Notes under the pieces: model-generated | Told to the model about the DNA's origin: nothing | Databases searched by the model: none | Seen by the model: the letters and a program-made list of their open reading frames with translations, nothing else | Program-made: the position numbers and the translations under genes | Shown: piece after piece, positions 41,475-53,587 of the stretch | Layout of the letters: each line of letters opens with the position of its first letter | How positions within the stretch are numbered: position 1 is the stretch's first letter | Source of the DNA: Lobosporangium transversale | Lineage: Eukaryota | DNA: 64,000 bases | Assembly: GCF_002105155.1 (NCBI RefSeq) | Contig: NW_019029005.1 | Span: 248,001-312,000, forward strand | Direction of reading: 5' to 3'

Positions 41475-43984
41475 ATGAATTCCGCCTCTTCCTATGCGTT
41501 TCTTCCGTATCCGTCAACCTCGCAGGTGACCTCGCCAGGATTACAGCACCAGAATCAACCTCAACAGTCGCAACAACCACAACAACCACAGCAGAAACAG
41601 CAACAGCAACAGCAACAGCATCCACTTGGTCCAGTGACCACTCAACAACAACAGCAACAGCAGCAGCAACCTCAACAACCTCAGCAGTCGCAACAATCGC
41701 AACAACAACAGCAGCAGCAACAACAGCAGCAAGACTTGACACAGGATCTTTCTGCCCCTCCGACCCCGCTGTCATTGCATCCCTCATTGCAAACTTCTTC
41801 TGCAGGTGTCTCCGTTTCTGGGTCCCTGGCAGCATCGCCAGTCAGTGTTAGTAACAACACACTCAGCAACGCTTCAGGTCCCACGCTTGCAAGCCATGGA
41901 CATCCAACCATCAACACTGCTATACTCACAAGCTATGGCAATATGTTGCCATCACCGCAATCCTCTCAAGTCCCTTCTACCCCTACCACTGCTACATTGC
42001 TCCCTTCAACTCCACCACCACACACTGCGGATCTAGATTCAATTCTAGCAACCTATGCGAATCAGCCCGAGTTGCTTAAGCTTATTATTGCCTCTAAAAC
42101 AGAGGAAGACCGGCGCTGGGCTGAGGAGGCTCGATTCAAGATGATGGATCTGATCATGAGAGGCGAGAATCGAAATCTCATCACAGGCTATGAAGGATTG
42201 CTTGGTCAAGTTGTTCCAGGCCCAACTGCAGGGACACCCACATCAACCATCCCTACTGGTAACATGGGGACCAGCCCTACAACAAGTACTGTAGCTACAA
42301 GCACTATAACCACGAGCACTGCTACCATCCCTACTACTACAACTACAACTTCTAGCGCCTTAGGCCTGGCAGTTTCTGGAAAACGTTTTATGGATAATGC
42401 GTTTGATTCGCATTCTGGAGCAGCAAACTCAGGAAATGGGAGTGGAGGGAGCAATGGCTTCGCTCAAGGAGCAGATCTGGCTCTTGCCCGTAAGAGATCT
42501 GTTACTTTTGCCAGAGATGTACACCATGGTCATCTGCGCTCACAATCCATGTCCTCGGTACCATCACTCTCCAGCACAGGATCGACTATAACCGCTTCCG
42601 CTGATCAGTTTGGTACGCTATCAATGATGGGCTTGACCGGACCCAACACAGCTCTTCAGCAACAGCAACAGCATCACCCTCACCAAATACCATCGCACCC
42701 CTCACTGAATCAGTTGGCACCATTCACATTGCAGCAACCATTCCAGCAACAGCATTTTCAGCAGCACCAGAGTCAGCAATCGAACCAGATGCAGCAGGTA
42801 GCCCACCAGCAGCTGCCACCACACTTTGGCCAATACCCACAACCTTTTCCATATCATACTATGTCTCAGTTTCAACCTCAAAACGTTATTCGTAGAACAA
42901 GTTCGCTCTCACACCTCTCACACTTTGCTCAGAATCCACACGCAACAGTGACCGAACCTCGCCTAGCCGCAAGTCGACCAAGGAATGACAGTGCTTCTTC
43001 GTTCAGAACACTAGATGACAGTGGTATGTGAAGATGTTTTATTGATATTGACTTTACAAGTAGTGAGCAATTGCCCATATTCATATATATACTGGCCGCC
43101 TACTGACTGTTCTTTTTTTTTTTTTTTTTTCCCTCCTATTGATTACCAACAATCATACAAAAAAAAAAAAAAAAAAAAAAAAAGATGACGAATCGGATGA
43201 TGGTTATAACGACCATCCAGTTTTGGGTGGTATGGATGGATAGTCGACCAGGGTCATCTTTAGTATGCACAACATGATGGGTGGCAATGGGAGACGTCAC
43301 TCACCTTGGACTTTTCGGACATGGCTACTGTCTCTGGAAATGGGCCATATACATCTCAGCCACCGCAACAAGGCAGTCAGCATAACCAGCCAGGCACTTC
43401 TTCATCGATCCTTTCATCCCTTCATGGGACAGGCTCCGTAGTTTCTATGGGTATTTCCGGGCTAGGGCATGGTACCACTGTACGAAATGTGCCAACTAGC
43501 GCAGCAGGATTAAGTGGCTCAACTACGTCAGCCGCGGTATCAGCAGCAGATCAAAAGAGAAAACGTAAACGTCGAGAAATGCAGCCTGTTAACAAGATTG
43601 TCGAGTCACCTGATCCTCATATAGATCAATATCTGTGGAAGAACAATGGAAACACACTCAGAAGAAAGACTGGGTGTAAAAGTATTTATTACAAATGTTC
43701 TAACAGCGCTGGAGGATGCACGGTAAGAAGTTTGAAATAATGGATTTTTTCACGGTATCCCTATCGCTACATCGGTCGCTTGGGGTTTATCCTAACCTTG
43801 CCATTTCATTTTGCTATTTAACATTTACAATGCCCTTAGGTCAACAAAACTGTAAAGAAAAAGAAAGCGGCGGGTACATTACAAAGTAAGAGGCGAACAT
43901 CTGGAGGACTGCATCAAATTCAAACGTGCTCAGATGGCGGCCCAGGCGGCTCAGAATGCATACAGCCTCCAACGCGAGCAGTAG
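41475..43984 (+). CDS. Fungal-type WRKY-like transcription factor with poly-Q N-terminus
   Basis: DQYLWKNNGNT...YYKCSNSAGGCT|VNKTV...GEHLEDC, giving a C-x6-C ... H-x3-C zinc ligand set; introns at ~43025-43184 and ~43723-43839. Confidence 0.8.
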
Positions 43985-44795
43985 ACTAAAGAAATTTTTT
44001 TTTTTTCAAATATTATTATTATATGTTTATTTATTGTTAATTTTTGATGACCGATGATGATCAGTTCTATTCATTTTCCTGCCTCAGACTCTGCCGCAGC
44101 TTCTTCAGACGCCTTGTAGATCTCCTTATAGTTGACTTTGTATCCCTTCTTTGCTGCATTTGCTTCATCCATTGCGACTCTTTCCTCCCCTATAAAAAAA
44201 AGAAAAAAAAATCAATGACTGTATAATTTCTTTTACAAATTCGCCACATGTCTCATTCTTTCTTGTAAGAACTTCCTTACAGGATATTTCTGTGGTTTGG
44301 TTGGGATAGTACTTGAAGGCACGCTTGTTCCCGACGGCGAAGGTAAATGTCGTTCTTCGTTAAGGCATAGAAACTGAAGCCAGCTTTTTTTATGCATTAG
44401 TGGTTAAATACTGTATAAACATGTGCTGGAGATGTACATAAAGATTAAGGATGAACCCTTTTACTTACTGACTGTTAAACCAGCCCTAATTACCAATATA
44501 TTCAATAAAAAAAAAAATATAATAATAATAAAAAAAGGTGCAAAGTTATATGGCAGGCTCAGTGAAGAACAGGCATCTCGAAAATTTCAAATCAAGGCTA
44601 AATCAAGTTTTAAAATGACATTTCATCATTCTTTACCAGGTAAGCATAATATGTGAAGGTTTATTCAAGTTAAGTTTAAACATGGTTTATATGATGTTCA
44701 TGTAAGAATGAATGAATCAAGAAAAAGAATGCATGGTGTGTGTATGGAAGGAGCGGAAGAAAGGTTGAAAATGACTGCTTTTCTTATGTCGTTCT

Positions 44796-45754
44796 CTATG
44801 CCTTTGATGTTGATCCTTGGTCCTCGCCGTCATCGTCCGATTCCTCCTCGTTATCGTCATTATCGTCCTCTTCTTGAAGTTCCTCGTCGGGCTCTGTGTT
44901 GATCAACATCCAGGCCACAACCTTCTCACGTTCTTGGATCTCTGCCTCCACCATAGCGGTGTGTCCAGCTGCATTCTTTAGCTATTAAACAAAAAAAAAA
45001 AAGAGAAATATCAGGGAATAGAAAGTAAAGAGTAAGTTAAAAAAAAAAAAAAAAAAAAAAAAAGCAAATGAATGTGCATTAATATATGTGTGGACGGCGA
45101 TCCATAGGATATCTGCAAAGCTATATTAGAAATCGGTAACACCAATACCTTGTAGTCAGCCTTTCCTTTGCTGACTAAAGCCTCGACAACCTTGACATGA
45201 CCATTAGTGGCAGCCCAGTGTAAAGCAGTGTTTCCTTGTTCATTCTGAATATTGATAGCCTCCGGCGATATAATAGATATGAGATACTCGACTATATCTA
45301 CTCATTACATGAAATCGAATACTACTGTAAGCCCTCTTTGTTCACAAATGAAGAATAATGGGTCCCTCCTCCGTTTCCTTGATGTCCGCAATTTCAAGTC
45401 ACGTCCTTTTTTGGTATTTATTTGACATGGTCACTGATCATAACCTCTTTTATGGTGGTTGTTTTCTCCTCGAGTCTTCAAGCAGGAAGATAAAATTCAT
45501 CCTGCTATTATATTTCCAGTGCTTCCTCGCTTACCAATATGTCCATTAGCAGCTGCCATGTGGAGGGGGGTCTTTCCATATTCGCTTTGTTGAGACAAAA
45601 CGGTCTTGGCCTTCTCTGGTCCTAATGACTTGACCATGCCCTGAATCTCTTCCAGTTCGCCGTAACGAGCGCATTCAATCAGTTCCTCTAAACTCTCGGC
45701 ATCTTCGACTGACAGCTTTGACATGGGTTGTATTAGCTGTTGCTCTGTTGTCAT
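44796..45754 (-). CDS. Ankyrin-repeat protein, Yar1-like (Rps3 chaperone)
   Basis: LIECARYGELEE, GKTPLHMAAANGH, QGNTALHWAATNGHVKVV, KNAAGHTA and an acidic C-terminal tail; three exons. Confidence 0.8.
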
Positions 45755-47503
45755 GATTTGTGGCAATGGCTTTAATGAAAATAAATGGCTACTGAAAAAG
45801 AAAAAAAAAAAAAAAAAAAGCTTTTCTACATTTAAGACAACAATTCCACGTGATAGTTATTTGCCACCAATCAACTATCCCTTAAACCGTCAACCTGGCA
45901 AATTTGCCATTATAAATGGGCTTAAAATCCAGCAATTCATGGGCATTGCCTTGAAAATTTATTTCGATGTCGAAATAAATGACCGAAAACTAAACTGTCA
46001 TGGAGCTATCCTGGCTTCTTTATCTGTGCCAATAAAAAACTCTTGAAGGCTTTCGCATGACACTAGCATCCTCTTGGGGGCCATTGTGTTGTTTATTTAT
46101 TGACTGGTGTAATAGAAGTGATAATATTTGCCATAGTATCGACTTGAAAGGAGGGCAATCTGAGTTGATTCATTCTACCGCACCATAGAGCTTGCTCGGC
46201 AAGACTTGATTGTCACATCATTTGCTTCTTCGTCTTCTGTGTTCCCTGGGTTGGTAAACACTGCTAATAGAGTTTGTTGGGCTTGTTGAAACCAGAGGGA
46301 ACCACAGCAACATATCAACCCAAGATGATACAAATATCTCTGTTGGAGTGAGTGCTGAACTGTGTGGTTCAGATGTAGTGGACATAAACGGCGAAAGGAT
46401 GCATCGAAAGGATGTGAGCGGTTTATGAGAGCAAGGAAGAAGGGGTTGGTATACCTGTTAAAGTCCTTGGCAAGAGAGCATGAGTAGTAGTTGTGATCAA
46501 AAGTTGATTTCGGTGAGTCCGCATAACAATGGTATAGTTTCTAGACCCTATCTTCCACGTACAGCATTGCATTATTGGTGTTTTCAGACCTGGCACTAAT
46601 CATGCGAGGTATTTCTTTTTCTGAGGATTCCTTGTGTTAAACGGCCAGACAGAAAGCTTAAAAGACATACAGACACAACGGTGAAAAAAATGTATGTGAG
46701 CAAACAGTTGCTGTGTTTATTTGTTGTCTGCACATGCCTTCTTTCATCGCGGGCTTTTTTTTTTCCTTTTTTGTTCGTCAATCACTGTGTGCACGAATAA
46801 GCAGCTGAAGCATCTCCTTGGTTTCTGTACATGTGTAGACACATTTTACATCGCGGCGTCTTATTTATTTTCTGCAATTCCAAAACACAAAACACAAGCT
46901 TTTTCCATTGGTGCCTCCAGAAGAAATAAACAAACTTTATTTTGGTGGCCACTCCACAATCATGCCATGGTTATAACAATCCCTAGGAAAGGATGAAACG
47001 CGTCGGTATTAATCTCGCTTCTGTAATTCTAAATGCATATATTTTGGCGATTGGTATCAACTATCAAGTTCGCACATACACACACCAAACGACCGCCAAA
47101 AACCACCACTCTCGCTTCTGCTCTCCATCCATCCACAAGGCGCTGCGCAATATCACCATTAACAAGGCACCGTCCAGTAAGAAAGGGTGCTTAGCTAGCT
47201 TTTACTCCAAGCAATAAGCACATCACCTATCTCCGCCATTGATGCCGGAACCTGAGAGCCAACGAATATCTCTGCTTTAACGCAATAGTACTGGGGCTGT
47301 TGGAGCAAAGAACGACATCTGAACCCATTCTCTGATAAAAAAGACTTTTTTTTTCTTTAGTTTGTTACCTTTGACAAGGATATAATCATCAAGTCATATC
47401 TGTCAATGCATTTATTACCCCTGTTCAAAATTATAAATCTTCTTTTACTCATTAAATTCCTCACAAAGCACAAAGCAAGGGCCAGTGCAAACAAAAGAAA
47501 CTG

Positions 47504-47534
<31 letters not shown>

Positions 47535-47535
47535 T

Positions 47536-48030
47536 ATGGACGCTTTGGAGAACAATATGAGCACCTTCGAGAGAAATTCTCGGAGTGGGGTATGGACTCG
47601 TCCTCAAGTCATGAGGCGCATCCAGAAGGGTCTTCGAGAAGTCCACACCCTGAGCGTCCAGGACAAGGATCAGCTGGCAACAGGCCTTAGTTCTGTCTTC
47701 GATGTTGTCTGTGTGCATATGAAGCGGACCCATGCATAGGGTGCCATGATGAGGAGAATGATAGGATCGTGATATCCCAAGACTCTGATTTTTTTGCGTA
47801 CGAACGAGTCTGCTTCCTAGTGCGACCCCTTCCGCACCGTAGACGGAAGTTTGGGTTTACGACGTAGACAACGTTATCCAAGCACTAAGACTGCCATCAC
47901 ACGCGCATCTGGTGTTATTCTGTGCCATCGCAGGCAATGACTACTCAAGGAACCTCGAGACGTTAGGCCCGATTATAATCTTCGATTAATTCGAAAGGTT
48001 GCGTGGAACGAGAACTACTAATAAAATGCT
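47536..48030 (+). CDS. XPG/FEN1/EXO1-like (PIN-fold) structure-specific nuclease region (frameshifted)
   Basis: Manual translation gives AYEADPCIG (E at 47721), VISQDSDFFAY (D at 47781 and 47787) and H3TH-like LVLFCAIAGNDYSRNLETLGP (~47908-47972). These match the XPG-I EAD, S-x-D-S-D and G-x-D-Y...G-P motifs. The XPG-N part upstream (~47.2-47.5 kb) is not cleanly readable. Confidence 0.8.
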
Positions 48031-48412
48031 TCGGGCTACCTAAGGGAAGCTAGAAGGTGTTGGGAAGGAACGTAGCCTCTGAGGAAGGCCGTTTCAGTGT
48101 AGCTCTCCGCATTTTTACTTCCGGCCATCAAACGTCGGCCCAAGCGTTACCATCGAACAATGAGTTCGATAACTTCAAGCAGCGTCTACTCAATGGAAAG
48201 GATCTTCGCCATAGAATGGCTCAGCAAAGGCGAGCGCAGCGCCGCAGAACGTAAGAAAGCTCAAGCTATAGTTTTTGGCCTTGAAACCAACGTCCCCAAT
48301 ACTAATCGTTAGTCCCTTTCTTGAATAATGTAGAGGCGTACCATCATTCTATATAGCGGAAGGGTCACATAGGAACCAGTTCCGGCCCATCTTTTCTGAC
48401 AAGGCGAGCATA

Positions 48413-50706
48413 TTGAATGGGCGCACAGTTGATATCAGTAACTGCCGTCAGCACGATAGGCCGGGCCTTAAGCATCCACCACGTCGGAGAAAGGCAAAAA
48501 AGAAGCAACAGAAAAAACAAAAGCGGAAGCACAAAGGCAAGAAGCCCCACAGGGCTAAAAAAGAAGGTGCACCAATTAGGAACTTGAAGGATGCTACGAA
48601 GGTTGATCACAGCTACAGCAGTAAGCACCCTATCAAGGCCTTAACAATTGGGTCCCTTAAGGCCTCCATGGCAAGGAAAGGCGGACTGGACGCAGATGAA
48701 AGGGATAGTATTGCAAGCCAGATCCGAGGGGCAGTTGTTGTCCTCAACCGACTACGCCGCTATGCATACTGGGCGGATTGCCTTGGACATTGAGAGGATC
48801 ATGCGGTTACCAGGGGCAGCAAAGTCGAGGAAAAAGGCACTGGACGAGGTCTTGGATAGCAATGATTATTCCTTCCGTCTCGCCACCCTTCTTTTGAGTG
48901 GTCAAGGTGGCCCCAATTCAGCTTACGCGAGGGCAAAAAAACAAGGAAAGGCGGTAGAAACGCCCACATCACCTCGCTTATGAACATTTCAAGGCCACCA
49001 CTGAACTTTCCCCAATAAAGGAATAGACATCACATTGGGGGACGTCCAAGGCTTTGATCCCAAAAAGATCACATTTCCAAGAGCGTCAGACTTACTAATG
49101 GGCCAAGTACAGACATCATTAAGGCAGCACTACAGGAACGCAATGGTATAGCTTGTGTAGGGTATTTTCATGCATATTCTGCAATCAAATGCTCTTTATT
49201 CACACCTTTTTTTTTTTTTTTTTTTTTTTTCTTAGTTTGATGTCGAGAAAACAAACGAAGATATGAGCGACATTGAGTTTTTTTTGCGGGAGAACAAAAA
49301 AGTGAAAAAATACTCAGACTTTCCTACGCCCCCTGGTCACCCGGGTATGTGTATCTGTCTGAACACGCCCTAGTTGACATCCTCTGGGCGAACGAAGATA
49401 CCAAGCAGCTGCTGGAGCGTATTCTGCCTCTCAATAATCTTCCAAGACTGCAATGTATGAGTGTGTACAGGGAACAAAAGGGGTTTTGATACAGGCTCTC
49501 TTTTGTGACATTGGAGGTGATCGCATGGTTCGTGGATATCAAGACAAAGTATCCCTGCAGTCACAGGACAAAGATCTAACTCGGTTCAAACTCAAAGGAA
49601 CGATTTCTACCAACGGTCTAGTTCTGAATCTACTTGCCTATGACACAACCCAGACGAAGAGACAGCAGCAGTCTGACGTAGATGAAGAAGCCCCAGCCAA
49701 GAACTGGAGCTTTCTCAGGGATTTCTCAACACGACGTGTTCAAAGGCGGCCGGTGAAGACCTAACAGATGAAGACTACGCAAACATAAACTGGAAGAGGA
49801 GCTCCAAGCTGCTTGAAAACGTTGAGCTCACATTCAACAAACCAGGGCGATGCCCATCCGCAAACACCACAACTATCGTCGGATGTGATCCTGGTATTGT
49901 TAACGCCCTTACGTTTTCCTCGCTGGACCTCACAACCCTAACTTGCGGCAAACGGTAAAGGTGAGAAGCAGGTTCTTGTACCTCCCTGTCCTCCGCTTCA
50001 ATCACCTGTTGAACAAAAGGAAGCGTGAAAAAGGAATGATTGAGGTTGAGAGCGCCATCCCTGTGTTTGGAAGGGATACGTATAATGAGTACTTTCAATG
50101 GATGAACGAGGAGTCTCAGACACAGACAGGATCAACGAATTTGGATGTGCTTCAAGAGTTCTACGAGTCCAGATGGCACCTGAAAAAAAAATGGGACCTA
50201 CGAAAGGCTCAACGAGCTACGTTCGACTACGCGGTACAGCGAGTGTTGAAGATGCTTGGGGATAAAGGAGTACTTGTCGTCGGCCTAGGGTCCTTTGAAA
50301 GTAGTAAAGGAGTTCCCAGCAAGCACACTGCTATAACGAGACATCTTGTCACACAGGTATGGCTTTTTTTAAAAAAGTAAAGAAAGCTGGAAAGCCATAA
50401 ACCCTTGCTAATAAACGACTGCCATTTGAAACGCTTAGGTCAAAGCACGAGGACACTTCGCTGTAGGAGCGCACGAATTTTACACCAGCGCCCGCTGTCC
50501 CCGACCCCTCTGCGATAGCTTTTTAGAGACGGTGTACCCTCGCTCTAAATATTGCGGACATGTAAGGTATTCTTCGACCGTGACGCAGTAGGGGCGGAAA
50601 ACATCGCAAGAATCGGTCTTGCTCAAATTGAGAGACAAGAGAGCCTGCAAAGTACAAGCCCACGGAAGAGTCGCCTGCTCCGGCTGCAAAGCGCGCACGA
50701 CGCTAG
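48413..50706 (+). CDS. Fanzor (eukaryotic TnpB-family) RNA-guided endonuclease region, intron-containing, frameshifted
   Basis: GTISTNGLVL (WED-like); RuvC-I TIVGCDPG (D 49887); VVGLGSF; RuvC-II AHEFYTSARC (E 50475); Zn finger C-x4-C...C-x2-C; RuvC-III FDRDAVGAENIARIG (D 50582); C-terminal RPAKYKP...PAAKRARR*. Introns at ~49146-49236 and 50357-50438. Confidence 0.88.
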
Positions 50707-51125
50707 ACACAAGTATTTGGGTGCCGGCACACCCACAAAAAATTTGTAAGTTCTGTTTATTTTCGTCTCCTGTATCCATCCTCTCTAATCTTTTGCCCCT
50801 GAATTTCTGGACTAACTTTAAAAACCGTACAGATCAAACAGATAATGCCATCTGGATTCTACACAAGAAACAATACGCTCATAAACTAAAGTAGTGATAG
50901 GCCAATGCCTCGAGGGCCGTCTTGCCAAAGCCAGACTGATATTCACGGCGGAAGAACACAGTTGAGCTTCTGATCCGCCCGTTAGTTTGTTGCTGGTATC
51001 CATGTCTAGTATTTTGGGTGAGGAACTCCAGGATAGAACTATTCAATTATTTATTTTGTATCCTCAACCCTGAGCGAGTTCAAAATCTGAATATTGGAAA
51101 AGATAATCGCTCAAACCAGGAGTGA
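50707..51125 (+). ncRNA. Candidate Fanzor omega-RNA scaffold / structured element end
   Basis: Several stem-loops directly 3' of the Fanzor stop codon (50718-50735, 50945-50982, multi-branch 51025-51123). The position fits known TnpB/Fanzor loci. Inferred only. Confidence 0.4.
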
Positions 51126-51956
51126 CAATTTCAGAGAGTGATCGAACCCATACAGAAGTCAAGCCAGTGGAGCGGGAACGATGTCAAGTACGCGTGGGAT
51201 GAAATCCTGACAGAGTTGGTGAGGTTTGGAAATGTACGGGTCACGCAACGACTTGAGTATAGGACAGTATATTATGCACTTGGCCAGCACATCCGTCTAC
51301 AAAAATTCTCGGCAGTAGGTGTTAGCTGCGTGCCAGAATGTTGCATAAAGCTCTTTTTTTTTTTTTTTTAGTGGACATTCCTGCTGTGAGCAGTAATAAC
51401 AAACTGAGGGTAACATTGACCAGCTAGATTTAAAAGGCAAGGAAGGGAGTGGCTGTTGGATAGAGAGCAGAGATGGTACAAAGAATGAAATCGGCAATAT
51501 TGATGGGAAATCATAGGAGTTAGACCTCTACAGAGGCTACTGATGCACATTGGATGGGTCTCCAGCTTTTATATCTCTTCTCACCAAGCTGTATTTCATA
51601 AGCTTATACCCTTCCTCGAAAGCAACTAGACAATAAGGATTAGATGGATATCCCTGACCGCTCACTCTTTTTTCTGAAGGAATGTCAGGACCGAGCACAC
51701 CAAAATTTTATTTAAATTTAGATTATATCTGAATGGGAGCGTGGGATATTAGCTACACATGATGTTCCAGTATTTTAAAAACAAAAACTTTCTCTGAACT
51801 GTTCTTTATTCTTTTTCTCTCTCTTCTCTTGTGCAATTTATCTACGTTCACACTCTCAGAGCCTCGATTAATTCTTGTTGCCTTCTGTTTTCCTTTTTCT
51901 TGCACCAATTCGTTCCCCAACCCCCACTCCCAGTGAATAAAAAAAAAGGAAAAAAA

Positions 51957-52667
51957 ATGATATTCATCAAATGAAGGCCAATCCTCTCAAGCACAGCAAG
52001 TCAATTCAGGTCTGGCGGTAACAACATAACATCTACATCTCCAAACAGCAGCTATCATTCAATAACAAAAGGAGAAGAGAACACAGAAGAAAAACAGAAG
52101 TAGGAGTACCGCCATCCTCGACACCCGAACCCATTGATAATGTTTCAGAATCCTTTGCAACTCTCTCGGTCAATCCAGCGTCTGAATTATCAGATATGAA
52201 CACAATCGATAAAAGTAATACAAATGAGGTGTGAGCACACAAAGAATGCCTCTCAGTCCGTGAAGATAGAGGAAGATACTAAGCCCTGAGGAAGCTTGCT
52301 GAGGGCCAAGGGTCTCAAGAGCACACATCGCCAGGTTTTTTACGTTATATTAATTGCCCCGTCGACTCCGTATCCAAACGAAGTCAAAAACATTCGATCT
52401 TGATCGATACTGCCCGCATGCTAACGCAGATTCCTCAAGTGGGTATGTTTTTTTTTTTTTTTTTTTTTTTTTTTTGCATTTTAACTTTGATACATTTTTT
52501 GCTCAATAAATGTAACCATGTGTTTCTTCTAGGGAGTTTTACGTGCAGACATGACACTTCGATGTGGTGTGCACTACTGGGGTTTCGATCTAGTCAAGAA
52601 CGGACAGTGTATCGCGCACCCTGACGAAACTCTAAATGCCTGTCCTGTCTCTGACTTGGAGTGGTAG
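51957..52667 (+). CDS. Small Rieske [2Fe-2S]-domain protein with low-complexity N-terminus (frameshifted; intron ~52443-52532)
   Basis: Manual translation DRYCPHANAD...|GVLRADMTLRCGVHYWGFDLVKNGQC fits the Rieske C-x-H (52411) ... C-x-x-H (52563-52574)-x-W-x-F-D-L-x-x-x-G pattern. The start is uncertain. Confidence 0.72.
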
Positions 52668-52748
52668 GCATTTTTATATATTTATTAATAAACGACTATA
52701 TTTTACAAAAGGTCCTGCTAGAAGGGCCAACTATGCTACAACATAACT

Positions 52749-53555
52749 CTAATACCGACGTGGGCGTGAATAGCGATCGCGGATATCCCTTGGAGGATAT
52801 TCGTCATGCCTCAGGCCTCCACCGCTTCCGTTATTACTATACGCTCGACCATGAAGTGATCATGATTGCGCTCTTGCCGTTTAATGGAAACAGAGGATGA
52901 GTGTGCAAGGTTGGTTGCTCTGGATTAAACTGTTGGCTATATGCACCGACAGATCCATGGCTTTTTTGTGGGTTACATAGTCTGGATTCAATAGTTTGTG
53001 AACTTTTGTTTGCTCTGCTTGTTCTCTTTCCAAACGCTCCTTCCTCAGTTTCTCGATCGTGCTCAGCTCTTTCTCTTTGTGGACCTAATGGTTAAGAGAA
53101 GAATACAATCTAATGAATGAGAGGACCAAGAGATAGCCTCGATAAGGATATAACAAAACGATGGGTATTTACTGGCTGCAATGGCTCGTCTCCTTTCTGT
53201 AAACGCTTCGTTTCTGACTTATGCGGTGACGATGATGACTTGTACTTCTTCAGACGTTGCTCGTCTCGCTTTCCCAGCATTGATTTCATTGCACTCATAG
53301 GATCTCTCGAACTTTGCTGAAATTATGGTCTCGATCTCTTTAAAAAAAAATAACATCGTAAAATACATCCATATTAGTGTTATGAATCAGTTTTATGGTA
53401 ATGATCAGGCACCATATCAGAGAAATAAACTTTCGATCTTTACTTTTTGCTGATGTCCCCTTGAGAATACGTAGGAAGCAACCATGGTTCTTTTCCTATT
53501 TATGTATTTATATGGCAAATTGGTATCTTAAAAGCGGCATCTTTATCTACGCATT

Positions 53556-53587
<32 letters not shown>

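Noticed and set aside
40663..41478. 271-aa hydrophobic Leu/Phe/Ser ORF upstream of the WRKY gene
   Set aside because: Translation of a pyrimidine-rich UTR/promoter tract; no ATG-led domain-like sequence.
46208..51129. 8-bp inverted match ATTGTCAC / GTGACAAT as possible termini of the Fanzor element
   Set aside because: Too short to exceed chance over this span, and no TSD seen.
52661..53320. Plus-strand ORFs 52661-52900, 52901-53095 and 53117-53320
   Set aside because: Antisense shadows of the LENG1-like gene's last exon.
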